64,000 bases of DNA from Tubiluchus corallicola (Eukaryota > Animalia > Priapulida): positions 11,059-75,058 of the forward strand of contig JAQGDQ010002407.1 in NCBI GenBank assembly GCA_030141605.1, in the 5' to 3' direction. Position numbers and translations under genes: made by a program. Numbering within the stretch: the stretch's first letter is position 1; each line of letters starts with the position of its first letter. The notes beneath the pieces are model-generated. The model was not told the DNA's origin. It did not search any database and worked only from the letters and a program-made list of their open reading frames with translations. Shown in pieces: positions 32,296-42,166 of this stretch.

Positions 32296-32880
32296 ATGAA
32301 AAAGACACTTACTCTTTTAATATCGGTATTAAGCGTGGCAGCCATAATCTCTTTTCCGTCATGCAGGGCAAAAAAAGCTGCCAAAAACATTTCGAAAGCT
32401 AATGTTGAAGTAGAAATTGAAAACTTCTGTCACGGCCCTAAATTTCAGTCGGACAAAAATTACTTTAGAGCTAGCGCAATTGGGGCTAGTAATAATCAAT
32501 CCATATCTCAACAAAAAGCTTACACTGCTGCGAGAAGCAGCCTGGCTTCTGTTCTCGAAACTCGTGTAAAAAGGGTGACAGACGCTTATGTAAAGTCTCT
32601 TGCTGTCAATAATACAGAAGAATCTCAGGATAGGTATGAATACCTTGCAAGAGAGGTTGTAAGCCAAAGACTCGCAGGAACCCGCGTTATTTGCGAAAAA
32701 CAAACAAAAACGACTGATGGTACTTACAAAACATATGTAGCAATAGAACTATCAGGAGATGAAGTATTATCAGACATGAATAAACGTCTCTCTGAAGATG
32801 CAAAACTTCGTGTTGACTACAACTACGAGCGATTCAAAAAAGAATTTAACGCTGAAATGGAGAGATATGATGAGGAATAA
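32296..32880 (+). CDS. LPP20-like lipoprotein (duplicate)
   Basis: Identical translation to 27807..28391. Confidence 0.65.
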   Translation: MKKTLTLLISVLSVAAIISFPSCRAKKAAKNISKANVEVEIENFCHGPKFQSDKNYFRASAIGASNNQSISQQKAYTAARSSLASVLETRVKRVTDAYVKSLAVNNTEESQDRYEYLAREVVSQRLAGTRVICEKQTKTTDGTYKTYVAIELSGDEVLSDMNKRLSEDAKLRVDYNYERFKKEFNAEMERYDEE

Positions 32881-32905
32881 TACAACTTAAAAAACAGAAC
32901 TATAA

Positions 32906-32952
32906 TAAAAAGCTGATGCTGAATTTGATTAAAGTACAGCATCAGCTTTTTT
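32906..32952 (+). terminator. Intrinsic terminator after LPP20-like gene
   Basis: aaaaagctgatgctg / cagcatcagctttttt stem with U-tract; a second hairpin (tacatctc...gagatgta) follows. Confidence 0.8.
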
Positions 32953-33090
32953 ACATCTCTTTATTTAATAAATAGGAGATGTACATGGCGAAAGACTTTA
33001 CTCTGCCACACAACCGTGACCACTGAAAAGACTCGATCTCTGTGCTCAAATAAACATCATGCACAACACAGATCATGACCTTCTGGCTAT

Positions 33091-33220
33091 GAGACCTTTT
33101 CAAGATGAAACACCTTGGCTCATGCTGAAAAAAATGCAAACTTTCAGCCCGCTAACAAATGAACACTTTGAACAAGGCACTCGCAAAAAGACAAACAAAA
33201 AATGAACTCTGTAAAACTTC
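33091..33220 (+). mobile_element. Degenerate MITE-like element
   Basis: gagaccttttcaag...ttggct..gctgaaaa...aaatga...tttgaa...aaaaaatgaactctgtaaaacttc. Confidence 0.6.
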
Positions 33221-33356
33221 CCTTTAGCATCTGAGCTGAAACAGATAACTTACTTAACACTTTCCCCCTATAAGTACTGTCAGTAGGTATTTAACAACCT
33301 GGGGAACTATTATAAATCAAGGAAAAACAGAATAAAAAGCTTTAAAACAAAAAACT

Positions 33357-34832
33357 ATGAAAACAAAAATAACCATATACACACTACCTCCGCTATTGCT
33401 CACACTTCTCTCTTACAACCTTTCTTTCTCTCAAAACATAGAAGAAATGGGACGGCAGAGGGATAAATTTATGCAACAGCAGCAACAGGACTTTAAACAA
33501 TATGTAGAAAAAAGAGATAAGGAGTTTGTAGCATTCCTTGAAAAACGATGGAAAGAACTTGATGTACTGACGAGTAAAAATAGAGACGAAACTCCCAAAC
33601 CTGATAAAATACCCACTTATCTTCCGGAGCGGGATGCTGCGCCTCCTTCCCTCCCTGCCCGTATCCCAGAAATAATTACTCCCTGGGAAAAACCCGATTT
33701 AGTAGAGCCCTTACCGACTTCCCGGGTAGTGCCCACAGACGTTCCGGTAAAAAAAACATCCCTCACCTTCTATGGGAACAACCTTGACATATCTATTGAC
33801 AACAACTTTAGCATACCGAAAATAACGAAAATAGACAACAAAACAATTGCCCGATTTTGGGAACAAATGGCCGGGACTAATCACCATGTTCTCCTTAGCA
33901 GTCTCGCAGAAGCAACGAAAAAACTGCAACTCAATGATTGGGGATTTTACCGGTTGACACAAGCAACACTACTGAAAACTTGTGGAAACAACACGCAAGC
34001 AACGCTGGCAACATGGTTTTTACTTAACAAAGCCGGGTACTCTGCAAAAGTGGGATATGACGGTGCCGGTGGAGCTGTTCTTTTACTCCCTGCCAAAACT
34101 ATAATATACGCCAGGCAGTATGTTATACTTAATGGTGAAAAATACTACTATGCAGAAAAACAAAAAAATAACAACCTCTATACTTACGATGAAGACTACA
34201 ATGAAAAGGGGCGAATATTTGACATGGGATTTGCCAAGGCGTTAAACTTCGAAGGAAAAACATTCAGCCGGTCGTTCTTATTCTCATTTGAAGGGAAAAA
34301 ATACAACATAGATATCAAATGTAACAGAGGTGTCATTGATTTTTACAATGACTATCCGGCAACAGAGTTACAAGTATACTTTAACACTCCAATATCCAAA
34401 CAGCTGAAAAACTCCCTATACTCACAACTAAAAAGAAATATCAATACTATGACAAAAAAGGAAAGAGCGGAGTTCCTACTATCATTTGTGCAGAACGCAT
34501 TTAAATACAAAACAGACGGGGAACAATTTGGGAGGGAAAAATCATTCTTTGCCGAAGAGCTCTTTTATTACCCTTACTCCGACTGTGAAGACCGCGCTGT
34601 ACTATTCTCTCACTTTGCCAAGCACCTTATCACTACTGACGTTGTTGGGCTACAGTACCCGGGGCATGCGGCAACAGCTATCGAGGGACAGGACTTTAGC
34701 GGAACTTACTTTGACATATCAGGCAGAAAATTTTATATCGCAGACCCTACATTTATAAATGCTTCAATTGGGGCGTCTATGCCAAAATATAAAAATAAAC
34801 TCCCACACTTTATTGAAGTAGAAAACAAATAA
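33357..34832 (+). CDS. Secreted transglutaminase-like protein (duplicate)
   Basis: Identical translation to 25855..27330. Confidence 0.7.
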   Translation: MKTKITIYTLPPLLLTLLSYNLSFSQNIEEMGRQRDKFMQQQQQDFKQYVEKRDKEFVAFLEKRWKELDVLTSKNRDETPKPDKIPTYLPERDAAPPSLPARIPEIITPWEKPDLVEPLPTSRVVPTDVPVKKTSLTFYGNNLDISIDNNFSIPKITKIDNKTIARFWEQMAGTNHHVLLSSLAEATKKLQLNDWGFYRLTQATLLKTCGNNTQATLATWFLLNKAGYSAKVGYDGAGGAVLLLPAKTIIYARQYVILNGEKYYYAEKQKNNNLYTYDEDYNEKGRIFDMGFAKALNFEGKTFSRSFLFSFEGKKYNIDIKCNRGVIDFYNDYPATELQVYFNTPISKQLKNSLYSQLKRNINTMTKKERAEFLLSFVQNAFKYKTDGEQFGREKSFFAEELFYYPYSDCEDRAVLFSHFAKHLITTDVVGLQYPGHAATAIEGQDFSGTYFDISGRKFYIADPTFINASIGASMPKYKNKLPHFIEVENK

Positions 34833-34859
34833 CATAAACTCTTACAAAAATGGACTAAA

Positions 34860-35122
34860 AGGCTTGCCCTGCCCAAAACAGCACATTGGCTTACGCTGAA
34901 AAACCGTCAAAAACAGCAACTTACTGACTTAAATGAGGTCTTTAAAGCAAAATTTGACAAAATTGCAATACCTTTGCAACGCAAAACACCTTGGGATCAC
35001 GCTGAGAAAAATCGTTGAAATCCTTCAGCCTGATCATAAATAAACATTTTGACCAAAACTCTCACGAAAACTAATGAAGACGCTGCCTTTGCAAAAAAAA
35101 GGGATGAGCTTTGTAGAAACTC
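34860..35122 (+). mobile_element. Two tandem degenerate MITE-like elements
   Basis: Core ttggc..gctgaaaaa...ttactgacttaaatgag, then aatacctttgca...ttggg..gctgagaaaa...ctcacgaaaa...gatgagctttgtagaaactc. Confidence 0.55.
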
Positions 35123-35169
35123 AATATAAAAAAGCAGGACAACCTGTTCGAACAAATTGATTTAAATAA

Positions 35170-36066
35170 ATGAAACTAACGATCATAGGGCTTGGGTTGA
35201 TAGGGGGATCAATGGCAAAGGACTTGCGGAAGGCGGGATTTGCCACAGAAATAATTGGCGTTGATGTTAATCCTGCTCATGCCAGAGAAGCTGTAAAACT
35301 AGGGATTGTTGACCGCACAGGCACACTCAAGCCATCGGTAAAAAAAGCTGACATGGTACTGGTGGCTATTCCCGTAGATAAAATTATAACTGTGCTGCCT
35401 AAAGTACTTGACTTGATTAGCCCCTCTACAACTGTTACAGACGTAGGCTCCTCAAAGCGCAGCATAGTCGCGAAAGTCAAAAACCACCCTAACCGCTCCT
35501 GCTTTGTACCTTCCCATCCAATGTCGGGAACGGAAAACAGTGGCCCGTCTGCTGCTACAGACAACCTGTTTGAAGGGAAAATATCTATTATTTGTGACCA
35601 GCAAGACTCTAAACCTCAGCATGTTGCAATAGTTGAGAAAATGTATCACTCCATGGGTATGTCAACGGCTTACATGTCTAGTGATGAACAGGATCATACC
35701 ACGGCATTTGTATCACATCTTCCTCATGCTGCTGCATTTGCGCTTGCAAACGCTGTATTGGCAAAAGAGGATAGAAGCATTATTTTTGACCTGGCATCAG
35801 GTGGGTTCAGATCAACTGTGAGACTTGCCAAAAGCTCTCCGGCAATGTGGGGCCCAATTTTTAAACAAAACAAAGACTACATATCGCAGGCGCTTGAAGT
35901 ATACATAACCCACCTTCAGGAACTGAAAAGCAGTATTGAAAACAACGATAAAAATATGATGAAGCTTATAAACAAAGCCAACAGCATTCGTGAAGTGCTC
36001 GAAAATGATAACCCATCATTAACAAAAAGTGAAAAAACAATAGTGAAACTATATACAAAAAGTTGA
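35170..36066 (+). CDS. tyrA: Prephenate dehydrogenase (duplicate)
   Basis: Identical translation to 24621..25517. Confidence 0.92.
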   Translation: MKLTIIGLGLIGGSMAKDLRKAGFATEIIGVDVNPAHAREAVKLGIVDRTGTLKPSVKKADMVLVAIPVDKIITVLPKVLDLISPSTTVTDVGSSKRSIVAKVKNHPNRSCFVPSHPMSGTENSGPSAATDNLFEGKISIICDQQDSKPQHVAIVEKMYHSMGMSTAYMSSDEQDHTTAFVSHLPHAAAFALANAVLAKEDRSIIFDLASGGFRSTVRLAKSSPAMWGPIFKQNKDYISQALEVYITHLQELKSSIENNDKNMMKLINKANSIREVLENDNPSLTKSEKTIVKLYTKS

Positions 36067-36069
36067 TTT

Positions 36070-37158
36070 ATGCATACAAAAATGGGAATAAACCCTGTCA
36101 ATCACTGGCTCCCCGATATTGATAATCCCTTGTTAATAGCGGGGCCGTGCAGCCTTGAAACAGAGGAGCAGGCAATCGCTACCGCCAGAGAATTGGCAAA
36201 AGACAAAAGGGTGTTTATCTTTCGCGGAGGGGTGTGGAAGCCGCGTACTCGCCCGGGCTCTTTTGAAGGGGTGGGAAGCGTAGGGCTTGAATGGATGAAA
36301 AAAGTTAAAAATGAAACCGGTCTTCGCATAGGAACAGAAGTAGCTAATGCCTCCCATGTTGAAGAATGCTTAAAAGCGGATATAGATATCTTATGGATAG
36401 GGGCGCGTTCAACGGCATCTCCTTTCGTTGTACAGGAAATTGCTGATGTATTAAAAGGAACCGACAAGGTGGTAATGGTAAAAAATCCGGTTAACCCTGA
36501 CGTTCAACTGTGGATAGGGGCATTGGAGAGGCTGAACCGCTCCGGAATAGATAACCTTGTTGCCATACACCGTGGGTTTACACCGTTTACAGAAACAAAA
36601 TACCGCAACTATCCGGGATGGAAAACGATTATTGAACTAAAGCGCCTTTTACCCAAACTACCAATAATTTGCGACCCAAGCCATATAGCGGGAGAAAGAA
36701 AATTCCTTTTTGAAATATCGCAAAAAGCATTTGATATGGGGATGGACGGACTTATGCTGGAGGTCCACATAAACCCGTCATTGGCCCTTAGTGATAAAGA
36801 ACAACAAATAACACCTGCCGGGCTGGGCGAAATACTTGATAAACTGGTTATAAAATATGAACACCCTAACGATCCGCAATTTGAAAACCAGCTTGATCAT
36901 CTAAGAGAAAGAATTGATGAAATTGACTGTGAAATACTTGAAATGCTCTCATCAAGAGCGGAGATTGTAAAAAAAATAGGAAAATTTAAAAAAGAGAACA
37001 AAGCTACTGTCCTTCAAATAGACAGATTTACATCTATGATAGAAGAAAGACTCTCGTTAGCGAAAAAACTACACATGAACGATATGTTTGTAAAAACCCT
37101 TTTTCAGCTAATTCATGAGGACTCTGTTCGTCAACAATCAGAAATGATTAATAAATAA
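36070..37158 (+). CDS. DAHP synthase / chorismate mutase (duplicate)
   Basis: Identical translation to 23529..24617. Confidence 0.92.
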   Translation: MHTKMGINPVNHWLPDIDNPLLIAGPCSLETEEQAIATARELAKDKRVFIFRGGVWKPRTRPGSFEGVGSVGLEWMKKVKNETGLRIGTEVANASHVEECLKADIDILWIGARSTASPFVVQEIADVLKGTDKVVMVKNPVNPDVQLWIGALERLNRSGIDNLVAIHRGFTPFTETKYRNYPGWKTIIELKRLLPKLPIICDPSHIAGERKFLFEISQKAFDMGMDGLMLEVHINPSLALSDKEQQITPAGLGEILDKLVIKYEHPNDPQFENQLDHLRERIDEIDCEILEMLSSRAEIVKKIGKFKKENKATVLQIDRFTSMIEERLSLAKKLHMNDMFVKTLFQLIHEDSVRQQSEMINK

Positions 37159-37164
37159 CAGCTA

Positions 37165-37275
37165 AAAACCTTTGCAAAGGAGAAAAAATTGACTCGAGTT
37201 GGAAAATAATCCGCCCCTCTAACTACTAATGTAAATGAGGGCTTTGAAGCGAGCTTTCACGAAAATATTAATTTT
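37165..37275 (+). mobile_element. MITE-like element lacking clear right end
   Basis: aaaacctttgcaaag...actaatgtaaatgagggctttgaagcgagctttcacgaaaatattaat. Confidence 0.55.
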
Positions 37276-37423
37276 AAAAAACCTCAAAACTGAATAAAAA
37301 ATACTATCTTCGATTTTGCGAAGCAGAAGCGTTACAAAGTGGGGAAAATAGATGAAAGATTGCAGATCTCTGCTAACTGGAAACTATTAACTTATAATTT
37401 ATGAATTAATAAAAAGATCTGTC

Positions 37424-38647
37424 ATGAAAAAGATTAAAGTGGTTGCCCCTGTTGTGGAGCTTGATGGTGATGAAATGACCAGGATTATATGGAAAATGAT
37501 AAAAAATCAGTTGATAAAACCATATCTTGACCTGGATATCAAGTATTTTGATCTTGGAATTGAACATCGCGATGAAACGAGGGATCAGGTAACTGTTGAT
37601 GCTGCCTATGCAATAAAAAAACATAAAGTAGGGATTAAGTGCGCAACCATTACACCTGACGAGAAGAGGGTAGAAGAATTTGGGCTGAAAGAGATGTACA
37701 AATCCCCAAATGGAACGATTAGAAACATTATTGGGGGGACTATATTTAGAGAGCCCATCTTTGTGAAAAATGTTCCGCGTCTGGTTCCTCAGTGGAAGGG
37801 GCCCATAATAATAGGGCGTCACGCTTTTGGCGATCAATACAGGGCTGTAGACATAACAGTGAAGAAGCCGGGTACGCTAACGATGTCATTTACTCCTGAC
37901 GATGGATCTGACCCGGAACACCACAATGTTTATCATTTTGATGGAGCGGGAATTGCACTATCTATGTACAACACGGAAGAATCTATCAGGGGATTTGCAC
38001 ATAGCTGTTTCAAAATGGCGCTCCTTAAAAAATGGCCGCTCTACCTTTCTACAAAAAATACCATTCTCAAAAAATATGATGGCTTCTTTAAAGATATTTT
38101 CCAGGAAACATACGAAAGCAAATACTACGAGGAATTTAAAAATGCCGGAATTATTTACGAGCACCGCCTTATTGACGACATGGTAGCTGCGGCTTTGAAG
38201 TGGGAAGGCAACTTTGTGTGGGCATGCAAAAACTATGATGGCGATGTACAATCGGATACGGTTGCTCAGGGATTTGGGTCGCTCGGACTTATGACATCTG
38301 TACTAATGGTTCCGGATGGAGATATAGTAGAAGCTGAAGCTGCACATGGGACTGTTACACGACATTACAGAGAGCATCAGAAAGGAAACCCTACATCAAC
38401 AAACCCCATAGCATCAATATACGCATGGACAAAGGGACTGGCTTTTAGAGGGAAACTGGATGATAATAGAGAACTAATCAGCTTTACAGACAAGCTGGAA
38501 AGGACCTGTGTTGATGTGGTCGAATCGGGCAAAATGACCAAAGACTTGGCATTGGCTATATATGGTAAAACTATGAAACGGGAGCACTATTTGACAACAG
38601 AAGAATTTATAGACGCATTGGCATCTGAGTTGAATAAAAGGGTATAG
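37424..38647 (+). CDS. icd: NADP-dependent isocitrate dehydrogenase (duplicate)
   Basis: Identical translation to 22040..23263. Confidence 0.95.
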   Translation: MKKIKVVAPVVELDGDEMTRIIWKMIKNQLIKPYLDLDIKYFDLGIEHRDETRDQVTVDAAYAIKKHKVGIKCATITPDEKRVEEFGLKEMYKSPNGTIRNIIGGTIFREPIFVKNVPRLVPQWKGPIIIGRHAFGDQYRAVDITVKKPGTLTMSFTPDDGSDPEHHNVYHFDGAGIALSMYNTEESIRGFAHSCFKMALLKKWPLYLSTKNTILKKYDGFFKDIFQETYESKYYEEFKNAGIIYEHRLIDDMVAAALKWEGNFVWACKNYDGDVQSDTVAQGFGSLGLMTSVLMVPDGDIVEAEAAHGTVTRHYREHQKGNPTSTNPIASIYAWTKGLAFRGKLDDNRELISFTDKLERTCVDVVESGKMTKDLALAIYGKTMKREHYLTTEEFIDALASELNKRV

Positions 38648-38708
38648 CTCTATGAAACTGTTTATAAAACCTTGAAAATGTAAATCAAGCTATGAATTAC
38701 TTTTTTCG

Positions 38709-38716
38709 TAACTTTG
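38709..38716 (+). promoter_or_regulatory. Bacteroidota -7 promoter element upstream of ferritin
   Basis: TAACTTTG matches TAnnTTTG and lies upstream of the MITE-like copy. Confidence 0.5.
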
Positions 38717-38733
38717 GGAGGAGGTGAAATATC

Positions 38734-38873
38734 AAAACCTTTGCAAGAAAAGGCGAAGATTTGATCCACTCTGGAATAATCAAGAAAAGAGCAGCAAATT
38801 ACTGATGTAAATGAGCTTTGTGAAGAATATTTTCACGAAACACTAATAAAAAGATGAGCTTTGCAAAGAGCTC
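38734..38873 (+). mobile_element. MITE-like element
   Basis: aaaacctttgcaag...ttactgatgtaaatgag..tgaag..tttcacgaaacactaataaaaagatgagctttgcaaagagctc. Confidence 0.7.
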
Positions 38874-38897
38874 ATACCGTAACAAAAAAGTGTAAAA

Positions 38898-39410
38898 ATG
38901 ATAAAAAAGAAGATTGAAAAGTCGGTTAATGATCAAATAAATGCAGAGTTTTTCTCTGCATACCTCTATCTTTCAATGTCTGCTTACTTTGAAAACATAG
39001 GCCTATCTGGATTTGCAAACTGGATGCTAGTACAGTTTAAAGAAGAGCAAGCACATGCGTTGAAACTCTTTAATTATATAAATGAACGTGGAGGAAAAGT
39101 TGAATTAGCTCCCATTTCTGAAAATGTACCTGTTGGCTTTAATGGTGTAATTGACGTATTTGAACAGACACTGGCACACGAGCAAATGATTACAGAGCGG
39201 ATCAATAAAATGATGGATATCGCTATAAAAGAAAGAGACTATGCAACAAAAAGCTTCTTGCAATGGTTTGTAGACGAGCAAGTGGAGGAGGAATCAAGCG
39301 TAGAAGACATACTTAATAACCTGAAAATTATTAATGGAGAAGGACAGGGACTGCTTATGATGGATAGAGAAATGGGCACCCGCACCTTCAATGACCTGGA
39401 ACAAAAATAG
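38898..39410 (+). CDS. ftnA: Ferritin (duplicate)
   Basis: Identical translation to 21277..21789. Confidence 0.93.
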   Translation: MIKKKIEKSVNDQINAEFFSAYLYLSMSAYFENIGLSGFANWMLVQFKEEQAHALKLFNYINERGGKVELAPISENVPVGFNGVIDVFEQTLAHEQMITERINKMMDIAIKERDYATKSFLQWFVDEQVEEESSVEDILNNLKIINGEGQGLLMMDREMGTRTFNDLEQK

Positions 39411-39487
39411 ACCTATCTGTTTCTCATACGAAATGAAACTAGGATTATATTATCTTACTGTAATGCACAAATAAAACAATAAAAATT

Positions 39488-41809
39488 ATGAAAATGGCTT
39501 TTATCTATTTAAGTATTGCGGTACTTTCATTGCTGCCTACCTCTCTGTGTAGTGCACAAAATACCACCTCAAACACTAAAATGTTGGATAAATGGTATAT
39601 CATGGAAGATCGTATGTTAGGAACCAATTGCCTAATGCGTTTTGACACGCTGGATATCCCTTTACTGCCTAACCTGGGTATTGGTGCAAAAGATGGAATG
39701 CTATACCATGCTAGGGATTTCTCTGTGTCCGATCCCGGCAAAATCAGGCGGGACTATAGTGTTGAATTTGAAAACATGAAAAAAATGCGGAACAAAAGCT
39801 CAATACATGCCGGAGCGAAACTATATATAACAAACTTCTCAGACATAGAAAAAACAGGAGAGGTTAACATACAGGCTATCGACTCTCACTTTAGTTGGGA
39901 TAATGACAGTACCGTTTACTATACCAAACTTCATCGCAGAAGATATGAAATATGTAGCGCTTCTAAGGGATCGGATGAGGAAAAGCTGATCTTTGAGGAC
40001 TTCAAGAAAATAAACAAAAAAATGAAAATGCATCCGACTGTCTTTGATAACGGATCTAAAATGATCTTTGTAGTAGATGATAAAACAAAAGATAGGAGAA
40101 AACAGGCAAACTTGTATTTATCCCACAAAAGCAGAATAGGGAAAGGGAGATGGAGTGAGCCGAAAGTCTTGGATAACTATGTAAACTCAACTGGCAATGA
40201 TATATTTCCTGAAGTCGTAAACGATTCATTACTGATATTCTCATCCGATAGGGAAAAAGGAGACATGCTATATCTCTACTGGAAAAACCTTAATGACCCT
40301 AGCCACAAAGCGGAAAAACTATCTTACCCTTTCAACCAGGGAGGATACAACTTCTCATTTCGACAAATGGATGACTCCAATATATTTGTTTATACACTGT
40401 TGAAACTTAATGGAGAAGAAGACCCCGGACTATTTGAAAACTCCCCAAAAAAAGAGACACACTCTGAAATATCAGGGAATACAGTGAAACTTACCGTGAA
40501 GGATATCGTAACAATAAACTGGGGAGAACTTGTTGAACCTGAGAAGAGCGAAAAATGGGAAGATCTGGTGCTTTACAAGGGGGAAGACAGTAAACTTCCC
40601 ATTTACGGAGTCCCTGTATTTGATGATAATAGCTTTACCAGTATCAATAGCGTAAAATATGCAGGAGGGAATAAAGTTATTTTTACTGCCGGAGAAGATA
40701 TGCAAAAAGGAGTACTACACCGTGCAGAAAAAAAAGATGGAACATGGTCTAATCCGGAAGCATTGCCGGTAGAATTTTTATCAAACTCCCCTATATATCC
40801 TCTTGCTGTAATAAATGACTCACTGCTGGTTATGTCGAGCCTCAATGAAGGAGGCTTTGAAAACACCTACCTTATGAACCTGAATGAGAAAGCGCAACTA
40901 CTCTCGGAAGGTGCAGGCATAGCCAATCTCATATGTGACTGGAAGGCCGTAACACACTATGCAAGCAATGACCTCTCTCTGGTGAAACTCGAAACATTAC
41001 TATTGACGCAAGTAACGCCGCCGCCTGCAGAAGAAAGACCATCAGAAAAAAAAGTACAGATTCAACTACCAACTGGGGGTGAAATTACTAGGCGTATATT
41101 CCCTCAGTACTTTGACCACAATGTCTATAAAAGAACATACTCCGATATTGACAAATTCTCTCTCTCTCTTATAGCTGAAGAAGTTATACGACACAATACA
41201 CGTATTGTAATTACCGGACTGGCAGACAAAGTCGGTGATGCCCGTTACAACTTATGGCTATCTGAAAAGCGGGCGGGAAGAATTGCTGAAATATTGATAG
41301 AAAATAGTATTCCGCATGACAAAATATCAATAATAGCCCATGGAGAATACTCTCCCTTCTTTCATCAAAATAGTACAAAAAATAGGGTAGCACTGATATC
41401 ACTGCACCGGCACATAGACCTGCCTTCAATGAATGAAGGGGAAATTGTTTTGACCAACAAAAACGAACAATTCCTGGAAATGGATGAAATTAAATTTGAA
41501 TCAAGAGAAGAACTGACAGACCTCCTTAGAATGGAGTGTGACGTACTAGCCTCAAAAGGGTTTGGGTGGTTCCTGGTAAAAGGCGCTTACAAGCCGTCTC
41601 CGAGAAATGTTGATGATGCAACGGACAACTACAAAACATCCTTCTTTTTACACACAGTAGAAGCAGGCGAAACAGTATGGAAACTGGGAGATAAATATGG
41701 AGTACATCCACGTGAAATACTTTTAATAAATAATATTCAGGAGAAGTACACATTACAAATTGGAGACAAACTGCGTATCCCTGGAGATAAAGGAGTAAAA
41801 AAACCATAA
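39488..41809 (+). CDS. PD40-like/OmpA-like/LysM protein (duplicate)
   Basis: Identical translation to 18878..21199. Confidence 0.75.
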   Translation: MKMAFIYLSIAVLSLLPTSLCSAQNTTSNTKMLDKWYIMEDRMLGTNCLMRFDTLDIPLLPNLGIGAKDGMLYHARDFSVSDPGKIRRDYSVEFENMKKMRNKSSIHAGAKLYITNFSDIEKTGEVNIQAIDSHFSWDNDSTVYYTKLHRRRYEICSASKGSDEEKLIFEDFKKINKKMKMHPTVFDNGSKMIFVVDDKTKDRRKQANLYLSHKSRIGKGRWSEPKVLDNYVNSTGNDIFPEVVNDSLLIFSSDREKGDMLYLYWKNLNDPSHKAEKLSYPFNQGGYNFSFRQMDDSNIFVYTLLKLNGEEDPGLFENSPKKETHSEISGNTVKLTVKDIVTINWGELVEPEKSEKWEDLVLYKGEDSKLPIYGVPVFDDNSFTSINSVKYAGGNKVIFTAGEDMQKGVLHRAEKKDGTWSNPEALPVEFLSNSPIYPLAVINDSLLVMSSLNEGGFENTYLMNLNEKAQLLSEGAGIANLICDWKAVTHYASNDLSLVKLETLLLTQVTPPPAEERPSEKKVQIQLPTGGEITRRIFPQYFDHNVYKRTYSDIDKFSLSLIAEEVIRHNTRIVITGLADKVGDARYNLWLSEKRAGRIAEILIENSIPHDKISIIAHGEYSPFFHQNSTKNRVALISLHRHIDLPSMNEGEIVLTNKNEQFLEMDEIKFESREELTDLLRMECDVLASKGFGWFLVKGAYKPSPRNVDDATDNYKTSFFLHTVEAGETVWKLGDKYGVHPREILLINNIQEKYTLQIGDKLRIPGDKGVKKP

Positions 41810-42011
41810 CTCGCAGGATCAAATAACATAAGGAGAAAAAGAAAACCTCTCACACGTGACTAAAAGAGGGTGACACCGTTGAAAAACTGAAACATAAACT
41901 TGGTGTCTTGTAAATACGTAAAATAAACAACACCCCTTCAGGCTGCGTAAATTGATAGCTGGTAAGTGGCTGCTGGCACTCTACCTTTCTGGCAAGGTGG
42001 AATAGTGAACT

Positions 42012-42148
42012 GAGACTTTTGCAAAGCAAATGCTTTGGTTTAGGCTGAGTAAAGACTCGATGAAAATCGTAGTTTACGGATGTAAATCAGGATATTGAAG
42101 AGGATTTGGCGAAAATATTAATAAAAAGATGAGCTTCGCAGAGAGCTC
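42012..42148 (+). mobile_element. MITE-like element
   Basis: gagacttttgcaaag...ttggtttaggctgag...cgatgaaaatcgtagtttacggatgtaaatcag...cgaaaatattaataaaaagatgagcttcgcagagagctc. Confidence 0.7.
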
Positions 42149-42166
42149 TAAACGTACCTTTCCAAT

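Noticed and set aside
38672-38688. TTGA-N9-TCAA palindrome upstream of ferritin as a Fur box
   Set aside because: Poor match to the GATAATGATAATCATTATC consensus, and such short palindromes are expected by chance in AT-rich DNA.
41820-41955. Possible additional, highly decayed copy of the repeat family
   Set aside because: Only short fragments resemble the consensus; not supportable without alignment.
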